A stretch of DNA of 63,097 nt, the filler included. It is 11 parts of 11 records of this genome, joined end to end, with 100 filler letters (N's around TTAATTAATTAA, not from the genome) between each part and the next. Parts side by side here need not be neighbours in the genome. Positions count along the whole stretch, not along the records: positions 1 to 6,028 come from SRR9670534_1201; positions 6,129 to 14,922 come from SRR9670534_1202; 9 more parts are not named here. One strand, 5' to 3'. Made by a program: the position numbers and the translations under genes. Each line of letters opens with the position of its first letter. Within the stretch, counting starts at the first letter, position 1. Below are positions 1 to 12,754 of the stretch, one piece after another. The notes beneath the pieces are model-generated. The model saw only the letters and a list, made by a program, of their open reading frames with translations. It ran no database searches and was not told the DNA's origin.

Positions 1-183
1 TCACTACATAATTAATAATATTTAATAAAAACAATATTACGACGATAAAAACATGAAAGATGAGTACAGCAAGAAACTAGAAATTAGAACGTAATCATAA
101 ATAAATAGTTTTGCAATGCCTAGCAGAACTTCCAGTAGGGACATTTGCACCAACATAACCACTGTACCATCTTTCGTGAAGTT

Positions 184-3140
184 TTATCTGCCAGAACTTG
201 ATTCAACTAAAATAGAAAATAAAATAATTCATAATCATTGGAATGCATTATTCCTTAAATTATTAATAATAGCATAGCAAGTTTATTAAAACAGTGCATT
301 TATTTATCACGTAATATATTAAACTAGGTTTATCAAAAATAAAGAGACCGAGATTTTCCAAAACCTTAAGTTCCTTCACATGATTGCTATACTCCTCCAA
401 CATGTTATCAAATTCTTTCTTTGTTTTTGTAATAATGGCATATGCAGAATCACCTCTACCACCAGTTTCAGCAGTTGCAGTATATGCATGTCCACCACCA
501 TGACAATATTGGCCAAAATGCTTGTTGGCCCAATTGTCAGCATGACCTTTGTTATTAAAATTTTTATACGTAAAGCTTTGTTGATTGCTTCTTAGAAATT
601 CTGTAACCTGGGGGTGGTTTGGAATAACAGCATTTGGTTGACACCATGAAAACTTTGGTTTACCTATATTAATTATTACATAATTAATAATTATTATAGT
701 TCATAACTTCAAATGCTATTTATAACATTAATATTATTGATGTATTAATTAACTATAGTCAATAATATTCTATATACCTATGTCATTATTTTAAAACACA
801 GAAATACCTATGGCACAAATTTGTCGAAGTTCTTCCAATCTACGCTCATGGACTTGAATACCAAATTGAGTTTCGCCAAAACTTCTATTTTTATCCTGCA
901 AAAATAATTTTGACAACTTTCTAACCAAAAGCTTCTTGTACAAACAGTGATTGATCAAATCATCAGCTATCTTTTTAACTTTTTTGTTTTTACTCAAATT
1001 AAGTGAAAACTTAATCATGAGTAACACCATTTCAATAATATTGCCATCAGCTTTATCATGAATACCATTTTGAAAAAATTGCATAAAAAAGTTGACAACC
1101 AATTCATCAACAGGTACATTCTTTGCAAGTTGTATAAATTCTTTAAAAAATTCAATTCCTTTGGGTGTTGCAGTATGTGGCAGTAAAAAATGAATTTGAT
1201 CCTTGACAACTAACCATCCAAAAGCATTCACGATTTTAGCCAAAGCAACACCAACATTTCCATCAAATAATTGTAAAAACGCTTGATTGTTCATGCAAGC
1301 ATTTAGAAACTTTAAAGCCAAATTACAATCAGCAAAAGCAATGATCAAATGCAAAATTCTAACAATATTAGCAGAAAAATATATCCGTAGATATGGAAAG
1401 TTATTAACCAAATACTCCAACTTTGATTTGGTACTAATATATTCTGTAGAATCCTGGGGTAATTCAGACACCTCTTCAGTTTTAATCTCCAAATATTCGA
1501 TATGATCTGAAATAGTACCTTTACAAGCAAATTTGAGGGTATTTTGAGAAGGCCACATAGCTAATACTGTTGTATAATACCACAATTCGCATGTAGCACC
1601 TTCATTTCCTGTAGGACCAGAACATTCTTGCTTTGCCACTTTACCCCAAAATTCTGAAAATGAATCATCAAAGTCGCAATCAGAAGTAGAACGATTTACA
1701 ACAACCTTTTCCAAGTCAATATTAACATTTTTGCAAAAGTTAGCATTTTTCCCTTGTAAAGTGATCCAATTATCCATCCGGATGGAGGGGGCACCCATAT
1801 CTCCATCAGGCTCAAAACAGCAATCATTCACTTTGCTACCTTCATATCGTCTCTTTCGGTAAGCAGGGTTTTCTCTAGTACAGTCACCATATCGCACAAT
1901 TTCTTTTGTTGCTCTTGCAATGAAAAAATCTAGCCTTTTTTCTGGCGGTAAACTTTCACTTGCATGTTGAAATGCAGATATTATTGCTCTGTCTCGTCCC
2001 TTCAAACCCTTTATTCCATTGCTGGTAAGGGATTGTTCAGTATAACTGTAATCAAAGGCCCACTCTAAAATATCTTGCTCTTTCAGCAGGTTTTCCAATA
2101 ACTGTGGTAGCAAACCTAAATCCTTTTGCCTAAGCTGTTGTGTAGGTACAGCTAACTGATTCCAACATAAGGAATAGATCAAAACCAATCGATATCCAGA
2201 GGTAACTTCAGTAACCTTATGTTTGACATCACCATAGTGAGCTGCATACAAGCACTTGTAAGGAGATATATCTCTACTCATCACATATTCCTTTTCACGA
2301 TTACCTTGATACACAACAAGACTTCCACCTGTAAATACAGAAGGAAGTTGAATGATCAAGGTTCCAAACATTCCCTTTACTTTCTCAGTATCTCTGTGAA
2401 CCTCAAAATGACCACCTTTCTCATAAATTAAGACTTTGTAAAGATTACTGAAAACCACCATATCTTCACAGCCAAGATCCACCTTTATTTGTTGAACCAA
2501 ATTTTCAACACCTTCGTTAAAAGAAGCACTTTGAAGTTTGACCTGTTCAGGCTCCAATTGCCATGTTTTTCGAACATTTTCATCCAAAACTGTTTCTTCA
2601 CCAAGACCATATGGTGATGGCTTACAAAAAGTGATAATATCCTTGAAAGTAGCATCAACAATTGGTAAACTTACAAAACCATATCCATCAATATAAAGTC
2701 CAGGAAATGAGAGTTCAGATGCAATTCCACCAATACTGCTATTGTAATTAACTTTGGTATTTTCAAGTGCCTTGGTGATTTGCTTTTTAATAAGACCTAT
2801 AGCCTGCATATTTACTGCTCAATCTTATGAAATGTCTATACACTTGATTTCTCTAAATCACCAGTAAAAATCAATGAAACACTTTCCAGCAAATCATATC
2901 TTTAATAATAATGATAAATCAAGTTATTAAAAAACCTATTGTTAATAATTCAAACTTAATAATAATAATGGCACCTGCAATCTATCCTCATAATTATAGT
3001 TCTGTGACAGCTTATGGTTATTATATATTGTAATTATTAATAATAATAACGTTAGCAATCTGTTGCAAAGGCTCTGCACTGAAACCCCTTTTGTACCAGG
3101 TTGGTACCAACCTGCAGGTACCATTGCTACAAAGGTTCAT
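184..3140 (-). CDS. 2OG-Fe(II)-dependent dioxygenase-family protein (paralogue 1), multi-exon; main exon about 808-2803, next exon starting at 663; both ends uncertain
   Basis: ORF 791-2809 has the HxD...H...R motifs (GGHFEVHRDTEK, HKVTEVTSGYRLVLIY). A phase-1 GT-AG intron (807-664) continues the frame into GKPKFSWCQPNAVIPNHPQVTEFLRSNQQ, which matches the paralogue C-terminus. Small 5' exons near 2976-3140 and the last exon ending at 184 are tentative. Confidence 0.8.
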
Positions 3141-3536
3141 GGCTACAAGGATTCACCATCGCAGAAACTTCAACAGATTACTTATTATTGTTATTATTAT
3201 TAATTCTTGAAGAATCCTTATTATTATATTGTAATAATATTGCAAAATAATAGTGAAATGCCGAGATTATTATAATTATAATATTGCAAATCTTATTAAA
3301 AATGATAGTGAATTTCAGTAAAATGCTAAAATAAAAAATGAAAAATATGTGCATAGCTGTAAAATATGACATGTCTATTATAAAATCATAAATGTGATTA
3401 AAATATTATAATTATTGTTGATGATATATAGTTATACAATAAGATTGATAACTATTACTATAAAACTTATACTATAAAACTTATGCTATAACAAGGTTGA
3501 CATAATAAGACTGCAGTTATGACTGCACCAGTTACA

Positions 3537-5733
3537 CTAGTCATTCGATGAATATTTCATCTTTTTGCAGCTACTGGCATATGTCTCTTCTTTTAGTTGA
3601 AATCCTGCATCAGTTGTCTCATCTTTCACCTCCTGCATGGAAACTGAAGTCGATTTAGCTAGAAACATACGTTTTAAGCATAAAACTTTATGCACTAGTT
3701 TTATTAATATTCTAAATATAAAATTTAATACCATAGTAATTACTTGTATTATTTAATATGATATGGGGACAATATAACATATATTATATGAAAACTCTAT
3801 GATTACATACAGTCTGTTAATAATAACAGACTGCTATTGTTGTTTATTAACCGATAATAAAGCTGTGTTAGCTAAGTCTATTAATAATACTTTTGTAGCT
3901 CCACCCTCTCACATTAACCGATCTGATTAAAATTCAATCATTGAATGAAATTTGATCAATCATTCATACTACGGTAGGGATATCCCTAATATTACATACC
4001 TACTTAAATTAATAAGTAACTTAATCTGCAGCTATTACCTAGCAATTTCATCTCCCCGATGTATGCCTCATATTTCTCCACCAGAGCATTAAATATTGCT
4101 TTAGTTTTCGTTATTTTAACAAAAAAGGTAGGTTTTTCACCACCACATTCTACATTAGCCGAATATCCAGAACCTCCAAGGCGTCCGAGTTTAAAATCCT
4201 TTCTCCATTTATCAGCAGCAGTTTTACTATTAAAATTTCTAAAAATAGCAGTTTGCTGATCACCTCTTAAAAATTCTGTCACTTGGGGACAATTTGGAAT
4301 AAAAGCTTCTGGTTGACACCAAGGAGGTGGTGGCTTGTTATCAGCAGCAATTTTCTGAAGTTCTGCCAATCTGCAGTTAATCACTTTTGTACCACTGTTT
4401 GTCTTACATAACTCCATGCTCTTTTCATCCAGTAAATGCTTACAAAGCTTTTTAACTGTAGATGAACTTTTCAAACAAAAATTTGTAAAATTGTCAAATA
4501 CAGTCTTAAATGATGTATTTTCCTTAAATTTTGATTCAATTCTGAAAATAAGCAAAGCTGCTTTGATTATTTCATCTTGTTCTTTCATCGTATAAACTGC
4601 AAAAAATTCAACAACAATCTTGACAAGTGGTACATCAGAAACGCCTTTTAAGTTTTCGATGAAAAACTCAAAAAATTGCATCTCGTTCTGGTTCATAGCT
4701 CTTTTCAAAACAACTTCAACTGGATTCTGAACACCAGCCCATCCAAACCTTTTCACTATTTTTGCCAATGCTTGGCCAACATCACCAGAAAATACTTCAT
4801 AAGCTTGCTTCTTTGCAAGAAATTTTTCCATAAAATCCAGTGCCAATTCAAGATCTTCAAAAGATAGTATTAGTTGTAAAAGTTTTGTTACATCATCAGA
4901 AGAAAAGCACTTTTGTTTTACATAATAGACAAAATCGCCATCCCAAATTCTTCGATTCAGGTCTGCATGCCTGGCCCTGTTTCGAACTTTATCATCATGC
5001 CAGTCAGGTCTCTCCACTACCTTTTTGTCTTTAATTTCTAATTCACGAGCAATGCATTTTTCAACCAAAAGTTTCAAATGCGTTTTTGCAAGTATAAAAG
5101 CAGGTACACCCTTTGGCAGTTCCATAACCTTGGCAGATTCTTTCTCTACATAAGTAATAGCGTTAATTATGCTGCTTTTACAAATAAGTTTGAAGGTATC
5201 TTTACATGGCCACATAACTAGTACAGGTTTATGGTACCAAAGTTCACAAGTAGCATCAGTATGATATGATGAAAGAGTACCACAACATTTCTGTCTTGCA
5301 ATTTCTCCCCAAAATTCAGAGTGTAATTTCTTGTAACTGTCTTCATCAAACTCGTCAAATTCAGGACCTGATTCTGTGTCAGAAGACTCATCAGATTTAC
5401 CATGGTTAAATGGTGACATTCTTGTTTCAACGTCAATACATGGTTTACTATCAGCTAACTCTTCATCAGAATCAGGATCTGACAGTTCATTTGATACCTC
5501 TGGGTCAGATTTATTGAATGAACCATATTTCTCTTTTCCATATTTATCCAAGTTAATAGTACTGTTTTTAAAGTCAATTTCAAAACAACTACAAAAGCTG
5601 GCATCTTCACCTTCCAGAGTTATCCATTTATCAATGCTAATAAATTCATCTGGCAATCTGTCATAGTCATCCCAGTTTCTAAAGCAACATCTTTTGCCCA
5701 AACCTGTGGGATGCCCAATCATTCCTTTAAATT
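3537..5733 (-). CDS. Tandem paralogue of the 2OG-Fe(II) oxygenase-family gene; C-terminal portion only, 5' exons probably lost at the contig end
   Basis: Shares DxWITLxG, SEFWG..A.Q.C.G, ATCELWY...L.MWP and WCQP.A.IPN.PQVTEFLR with paralogue 1. Acceptor TTTTACAG before 5733, donor after 4039, terminal exon 3658-3537 ending KMKYSSND*. Confidence 0.75.
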
Positions 5734-6028
5734 CTGTAAAAGAATACTCGTAATAAATTATTTGGTATAGCACTTCAAATACAGATTTTAATAAAGATAG
5801 GTTAGAACTTATTAAGCTCAAAATGTATAGTATATATTGTATACATAGTACCTATTTATTAATTTTATGACAACACCTCATTTGCGCAATTACTCAGCGA
5901 TCAATTACGACAAACTTTGCATTGAATCACTAAATTTCAATTTCTTTTAAATTATAATTGACGATTTTTTACATTTATTCATAAATTCACTTTCCATCAT
6001 AGGAACTAAAGCAATAGTGATGCAACAA

Positions 6029-6128
6029 NNNNNNNNNNNNNNNNNNNNNNNNNNNNNNNNNNNNNNNNNNNNTTAATTAATTAANNNNNNNNNNNNNNNN
6101 NNNNNNNNNNNNNNNNNNNNNNNNNNNN
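6029..6128. other. Artificial contig linker (N44-TTAATTAATTAA-N44)
   Basis: Identical 100-nt spacer, with stops in all six frames, also at 14923-15022, 19484-19583, 22068-22167, 28846-28945, 38444-38543, 40621-40720, 48718-48817, 55861-55960 and 59987-60086. Confidence 0.98.
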
Positions 6129-6415
6129 TAATAAAATGTGAAAGGTTTCAATAAATTGATCCTGACATCTCAAACGTCTTGTAAAACAGGTACCAATTAG
6201 TTTATTGTTCATTTTCTGTCACCTACGAATAATCAGTATTCCTGTATGATATCACTTCAAGGTTATTTTTTATTAATAATAACAATAAGAACTGTGTAAT
6301 AATAAACATTGAAATGCTGTTAATTTTCAGTTGAGAGTTTTGTGTGTTAATTTTCTATTAACAAAATTACTATTTATCTCTAATATACATCTGTATACGA
6401 ATGATGTTATTCTTA

Positions 6416-8240
6416 TTATAAATCAGTAGCCAATGAATGATGACTCCTTTTATTGCTGCTGTGGGTTAATTTCTTTCGACCGGGACTAGATCTTGGAATT
6501 GAAGAAGGTAGCTGGAAAACTTGGGATAGGTCAGATATAATTCGTTCTAGTGAAACGTCATTTTTGACCAGGTATGCATAATGCCCATGTTTTACTGCCA
6601 TATCAATATTTTCCATGTCATCGTCAAATAGGATAATCTCATCAGGTTCAATCAATGTTTCTTGTCCCCTATCCAACATTTGTGTTAATACCGTCTTGAG
6701 ATGGCTTTCCTTGCCAATCAGTACTCCACCTACTTCATTCAAGAAACTTGCTGTATTACCAACAACATGAACTTTTGGTGATAAACTAAAAAATGTCATT
6801 TTTACCACTATTAATATTAGTGTGCATGGTATATTATTATATTTAGATTATTGATCCCTGAGGCACTTTTGACTCATTTGTGTATAATTTATGCGGCACA
6901 AATTAGTCTAGTTAATTTAGAAGATGAAAACGGTAGCGAATTTCCTCTATCTATTATATTATGGCCATAACTTACTAGTGTAGTACTTATACGTATTATT
7001 ATATTAAGTGCCGTACCTACATGCACTATAACATTATTATTACATATTGCACTTATTACTATTATTAGTATTCATTTGTCAATACTGAATGCAATTCAGT
7101 GCAATTTAATAGGACAAATAAGTTATAATTATGATAATTATTACACTAGACTTATTCGAAACTGTGATCTTAATGTATAATGACGTGTATACATAAATAA
7201 GTCACGGTTTTGCGAGGATGGAAAAAATGACCATAGAAACAGCTGAACTCATTACTTATTAAAAGTTTGTTGCTAAGACAGGATTTTTTCGTATGACAAG
7301 TCGTGAGTTCTATTGTATAGGTAGTACCGTACTGTGACAGTACGTCAAATTTAATAATAAGATACACAAGTAAAAGTTGAATTAAGTTATTTGCTTGTAA
7401 AATAACTACCAATTTTTAAATTTGCATGCCTCTAACAACATTTGAATTTTGCCCTGAGTACTATCACTATAGTATAATTCAATTTTCTAAAATTATTAAT
7501 AATATTAGTAGAAGCATGCTTTAGGAATAGCAATCACTGCCACTGATTCACTGGTAGCTAGACCAAATTTGATGCAGAAATTTCGTTTCGAAACGATTTT
7601 CAAAAAGGCCGTTATTATCCGACCGTCGCACTGACATCATGCAAATTTACGTCAAAATAATCACCACTTTTCATCATTAGTTATAACTTTCAAAGTGAAA
7701 GGTCACATGTAGAAAATAGCACTACATAACACATGGTCCATGTGACATGGAGCCTTTTTACAATATTCACTTCCTCGTATAAACGAATGCACGTGTATAA
7801 CCCAAATATTTAAAAATAATATCAAGATGAATACATACTACCTTCCTGTTATGATATGCTTCCATATGGGAGAATATCGTAACTTACGATTCCTAAGTAC
7901 AATAACAATAATAACAATGGTACAGTATCGTAATGACTTTGCGGGCTTACCCATTAGGTAAAATCGATTTCAAAACTTGAGATATCATGGACTTTTGAGA
8001 TGAGTAAGTAACAATCGCACACGAGATAAAGGGGTATTTCGTTGCAGTGGCCTGTAATAGTGCCAGCATTGAAGGGCGGATGTGAGGCAATAAAGTGGCA
8101 TAACTTCTCGTCCAATGACCATGGGTATGAATGTCCAACAAGGTTTCATCGAAATCCATGGCTAACAATTTGATTCCATTATGTATCAGCATTTCGACAA
8201 CTGTCTCTGCAGCCGTCTCAAATGCCTTTTCTGCTGACAT
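6416..8240 (-). CDS. HAD-superfamily hydrolase/phosphatase, multi-exon (internal exons not fully resolved)
   Basis: First exon (8240-7951) has motif I LAMDFDETL and motif II AIVTYS. Last exon has GKESH and motif IV ILFDDDMEN. GTAAG donor after 7951. Confidence 0.7.
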
Positions 8241-9407
8241 CTCCTAAAAAACAAGCAACATGACAAAAAGCCAATTATTCAAACAAATACCAAACTTCAG
8301 AATTTCAACTCAAATTACACAAAGACGAACACATGTCTGTGCAGCAATGAATAAATTATTATATTCTTAGCCTGCTTCACCACAGCTGAAGGAAAATATA
8401 TAGTAAGATCCCTAGGTTGCAGCTGTATTGTACCCATGATGATGTATCGATTTATTTTGATTACGCATGCACAGGTAAAAATAAAGCATACCTTCTTGAT
8501 CTACAATACAACAAAACAACAATAAAGATACATGTATTGTATGCAATAACAAAGGTAGGTAGGTTTGCCTAGCCAATTCTTATTGGGTTATTTTACAAAT
8601 CGACCTAATAGAATCTATTATTAGATAGATTGGTTAAAATCGACGAGAATCGACGCTGTTTTGATAAGGATGTTTGTGTCAATAAAAAGATATCAGGTTC
8701 ATCTAAAAGCGGTAGCATTTACCAACAAGGTATGGCAATCAAAATAAATGGACAGTTGTATTTATTTATTAGCATTATTATCAGGTATGAAGTAGATATA
8801 ATAGCACAAACCCGATGATAACGCGCAAATTATCATTTATAAATATTTAATAGTTAGAATAGTCTATTATAGACTGTCTATATTATTCCTGCTGCAGGAA
8901 ATATGGATCAATTCTTCATTTTGCCTTAAAAACATATACAATGTTGCAATAGTGCAGCATGCTAATATTGGATATCAACCGTTGTTAATATTGCACAGCA
9001 TTATTTACACAAAATAGCCTGAAAAGGTACCGCTTAGTAGTAAACTAATACATCTAATAATCCATGAGACACCACAAATATTATTTGCCAAATAAACAGA
9101 TATATTCTGGTGCCTCGATTATGTTACTCATATTAATGATAAAATAAATACCGTAGGAAATATCTACGATTTCCTAAAATAGTCATCATTTATCTATACT
9201 TATTACCGCAAATGAGTCAAATTCATGCAATTATTAGGTCAATAAACTCCATGAAGCCACCCTGCCACCTGTTAGACAGATATTGACAGGTCATTGACAT
9301 ATTTAAATGATTTACGTCATAAAGCATATATTTTGTAAAATACCGACATCTTTTAAGCACCGAATATAGAGCGCAAAAACTGTGGAATTTCCACAGTTTC
9401 GTATGTT

Positions 9408-12400
9408 TTATTTCATTCTTGACTTAACATCACTGCATATAGGGCAAGAAACCTCTTCACTTGCGACATACTCAGAAAAAAAAGAATCTGCTCTATCATG
9501 ATCACTAAAATACACCCTTAAACATTGATCATGAAGGGCATGCTTGCATCCAAACACATAAAATGGGGTATCATCGTGGGCATTTATGGAAGAATGGCAG
9601 GAAGAGCACTCTTCGTCAGCACTAATGAAAGCAGCACATGAATTCTGACATTTCAGCATTCGTTCAAACAGATGTGTTTGGTCATTATCAAGAATCTTTT
9701 TACAATCCTCAATTATGGACAATTGTGACCTATGTTCTTGTAAAATTCGGATCAAAGCTGATTTCAAGCCTGGAATTACCATCTTTTTGGGAATGGCGGA
9801 AATGAGTTTTATGGGTTCAATCTTTAAACCAGGAGTGTGGAGGAGGATGTGCAGAAATTCCGCAGATTTTACACTGTATTCTAGGAGATCACTCCATAAC
9901 TCATCATCATCTTCATGATTTTGACAAAATTCAATGGCAATTTTAATATCTTTCTGCTCTTTCAAAATAATTTCTAATGCAAACTTTGCATTACCCATTT
10001 TATCCGCCAAAAATACCTTTCCTTCTGTTATGCTTCTTTGTTTGCAGATATCATACGCCTTTTCCATGTTATAATCTGAAGCAGTTTTTACGAACTGTAG
10101 CAAAAACTTCTTATTAAATTCAGCAGCTAGTTCGACGATTGTGTTTTGGTGTATACTAATTTGTTCCTTCATTTCTGGATAACTTTTCCAAATGAGGATA
10201 AAATACCTTAGCAACAACTGCTTATTTCTTTGAATTTGTGGTATAACGATTCTAGGCTCAAATTCTTTATGTGAGCAGAAAAGATTAAGAGCTCGACCTT
10301 CATCAACATGAACCAATTGGTTACAAAGACCATTTCTGACTATGGTATATAAATTGTACTTTTCAATGAGGTCGAAAACGCCCGAATGTTTGACATCTAA
10401 ATAGTGTTTTAAGGCTTCATCGTATTTAGACATTCTTGCATAAAGTTCAGCCATGCACTGCTTAAGCTGGCAATTTTCTTCAGCGCCTTTATGAATGTAT
10501 AATTTTTGACGTAGCGTTTCGGCAATTATTTGAACATCGTATATGTTCTTAGGCCATGTTTTAACCAATTGCACAAATATTTCATAGCGTTTTTGCTTCA
10601 AAAAGTAATCCAAAATGTATTCGTATAAACTTTTGTCAAATACGCATGGTGGTGATGTTGGAATGTACTTGTACAGGTTCTAAAATGCTCATCACATGAT
10701 CAAAAGATTAGATATTTTACTAAATAGTAGGAAAAGCTTGCCTCGAGTTGCTTATTATTTATGAAGGTCACAATGGAGCTCTTCCAAATCTTCTGACTAT
10801 TTTCACTTTGTATTCCTATAGCATGAACCAGCAAATCAGCAGCTTTTTCAAAATTAAATTCCTTTTTACATAAATGTTGAATGTATGTCAGGACAATCCC
10901 CTAAAAATCCCCACACTTAAGTACGTTAAACGAACGGGTCAGGCTTTGAAAGTCTGTTATACGATTTAATAATCTAAGATCGTATTCAAAGCTTTAATAG
11001 ATTTAAATTTTAAAATTTAAGTTTTAACTTGAATTTTAAAATTGAAAATTTTGATGGGTAATATTGAGATTTAAAATGTTAAAATTAATATTTAGTTGAT
11101 CAAGTAGTGAAGATGAAAACATACATCGACGGTAAACTCTCTCAAAGTTTTCTCATACTTCCTAGCAAATTCCAAGGCCTCATCAAATCTGACATTTTCA
11201 ATCAACCAAGCAACCCGTTCATCATTGTTCCTTAATCTGGATCCGATTAGAACTCTTGGCGTAACAATAAATCTAATCAATTCACTTTTCAGATATTCCA
11301 ACCTGAGATCGTTTGGATTTACGTAGATCGGAATATTTTCATCTTCCATTGGTGGCTTCAAGACGTTCAATGGAATGACATTATTAACTATTTCATCATA
11401 TTTTATCCCATGGGTAAACTTTATCAGTCTAACATGAACACTCCAATCTTGATTTCCTCTAGGCGATTTTCTGATGTTACTATAATCATCAATTCTAAAA
11501 TTCTCTTCACCATCCTCTGGAGTAGTAACCAAAATAAAACTACCGCTCATTGGTCCCATGCTACAGATAAAAAAGGGTAAAGTACTACTTCCTATTCTGT
11601 ATCCAGCCTTCTTTGGGGAACCATCAGATGCACCCCTCTCTGAAACTGTATAATCTGTATTAGCAGTGCCACCCTGTTCTCTATCTCTTATCTCAAAATT
11701 CTAAAAATAACCTTCATAATTACCAATAATAATAATAATTAGTAGTGACTAATAATCATTATTATATTAATAAAAATAGCAATAACAATAATTATTAAAA
11801 ACTATGCTTTATTAACCTCAATGGAATTAGCCCAGCCAATGGAAAACTTCTCAGAACTTTGCCATAAAATGGTTGCTCGAAATAAATCAGCTCTGAAGGT
11901 ATGACTTTTTCGATGCTTGAAGAATACTTCCCTGGCATTTATATCATATACAATTACATAATTATCATTTGCCCAAGCAATGTAATTGTTATGCCAAGTT
12001 ATGCTTCTGATAAAACCTTCACCTTCATGTAGGACATGTTGCTTCCAACGACGAAACAACATTTCTTCAAATAAAATCAGTTTTTCTCCACCACAGACAT
12101 ATTTTCTATCTTTCTGGAAGTTTGGTGCCAATGCAACACTCTTAACTGGCCGGTCCAAGCTATGCTTACGAAAAACATGATGGTCAATACGTGGTAGATC
12201 GTGAATTAAAACCGTTCCATCATCAGAACAAGAAATGGCAAAATCTTCCATAGAATCAACAGCAATGCTATTTACAGTGATGTTGTGGCCTTCAAGCTTC
12301 AAATGGGTAACGTTTCCTAGGTGTTTCAAAGATAAAGGATCAAAATACTTATAATTCTCTTACTTTATAAAGTAACTTACAAAATTTCTTACCTTCATGA

Positions 12401-12540
12401 TCCAGCACATGAAGTGTACCTGTGTGTGTGCCTAAAATCAAAAATTTGTCTGTTGCAGCTAAGCAACTAGCTGATTCATATTTCAGAACGTCAGCAGCTT
12501 TTTCTAAAGTGTAAAATCGCAAAACGGGTTCCTCTTCCAT
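9408..12540 (-). CDS. VPS41: Vacuolar protein sorting 41 (HOPS subunit), 5 exons
   Basis: N-terminal EEPVLRF, LGTHTGTLHVLDHEGN and WD-like repeats (SCSDDGTV, HEGEGFI), clathrin-like repeat (AIEFCQNHEDDDELWSDL) and C-terminal RING-H2 (CSSC...FGCKHALHDQC...CPIC). Exons join in frame. Confidence 0.93.
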
Positions 12541-12754
12541 TCTTTCCTTTCGAACGTAGATCTACTATGGATTAGTTAGAAAATGATCTATAGCTCTAAA
12601 ATTTGTACAAAAATACTTCATTATATTGTACAATAAAGTTTTTAAATTAAAAAATTTAATTAATGCTTAAAAACTTACAATTAATAAAAGGCTTAAAAGT
12701 TATAATTATGATATTAAACAGATATATACTTGGTCTATACAGCATATACTTATA

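Noticed and set aside
6073-6084. TTAATTAATTAA repeated ten times at intervals, superficially like an array or regulatory repeat
   Set aside because: Always centred in an identical N-run; it is an artificial six-frame-stop linker.
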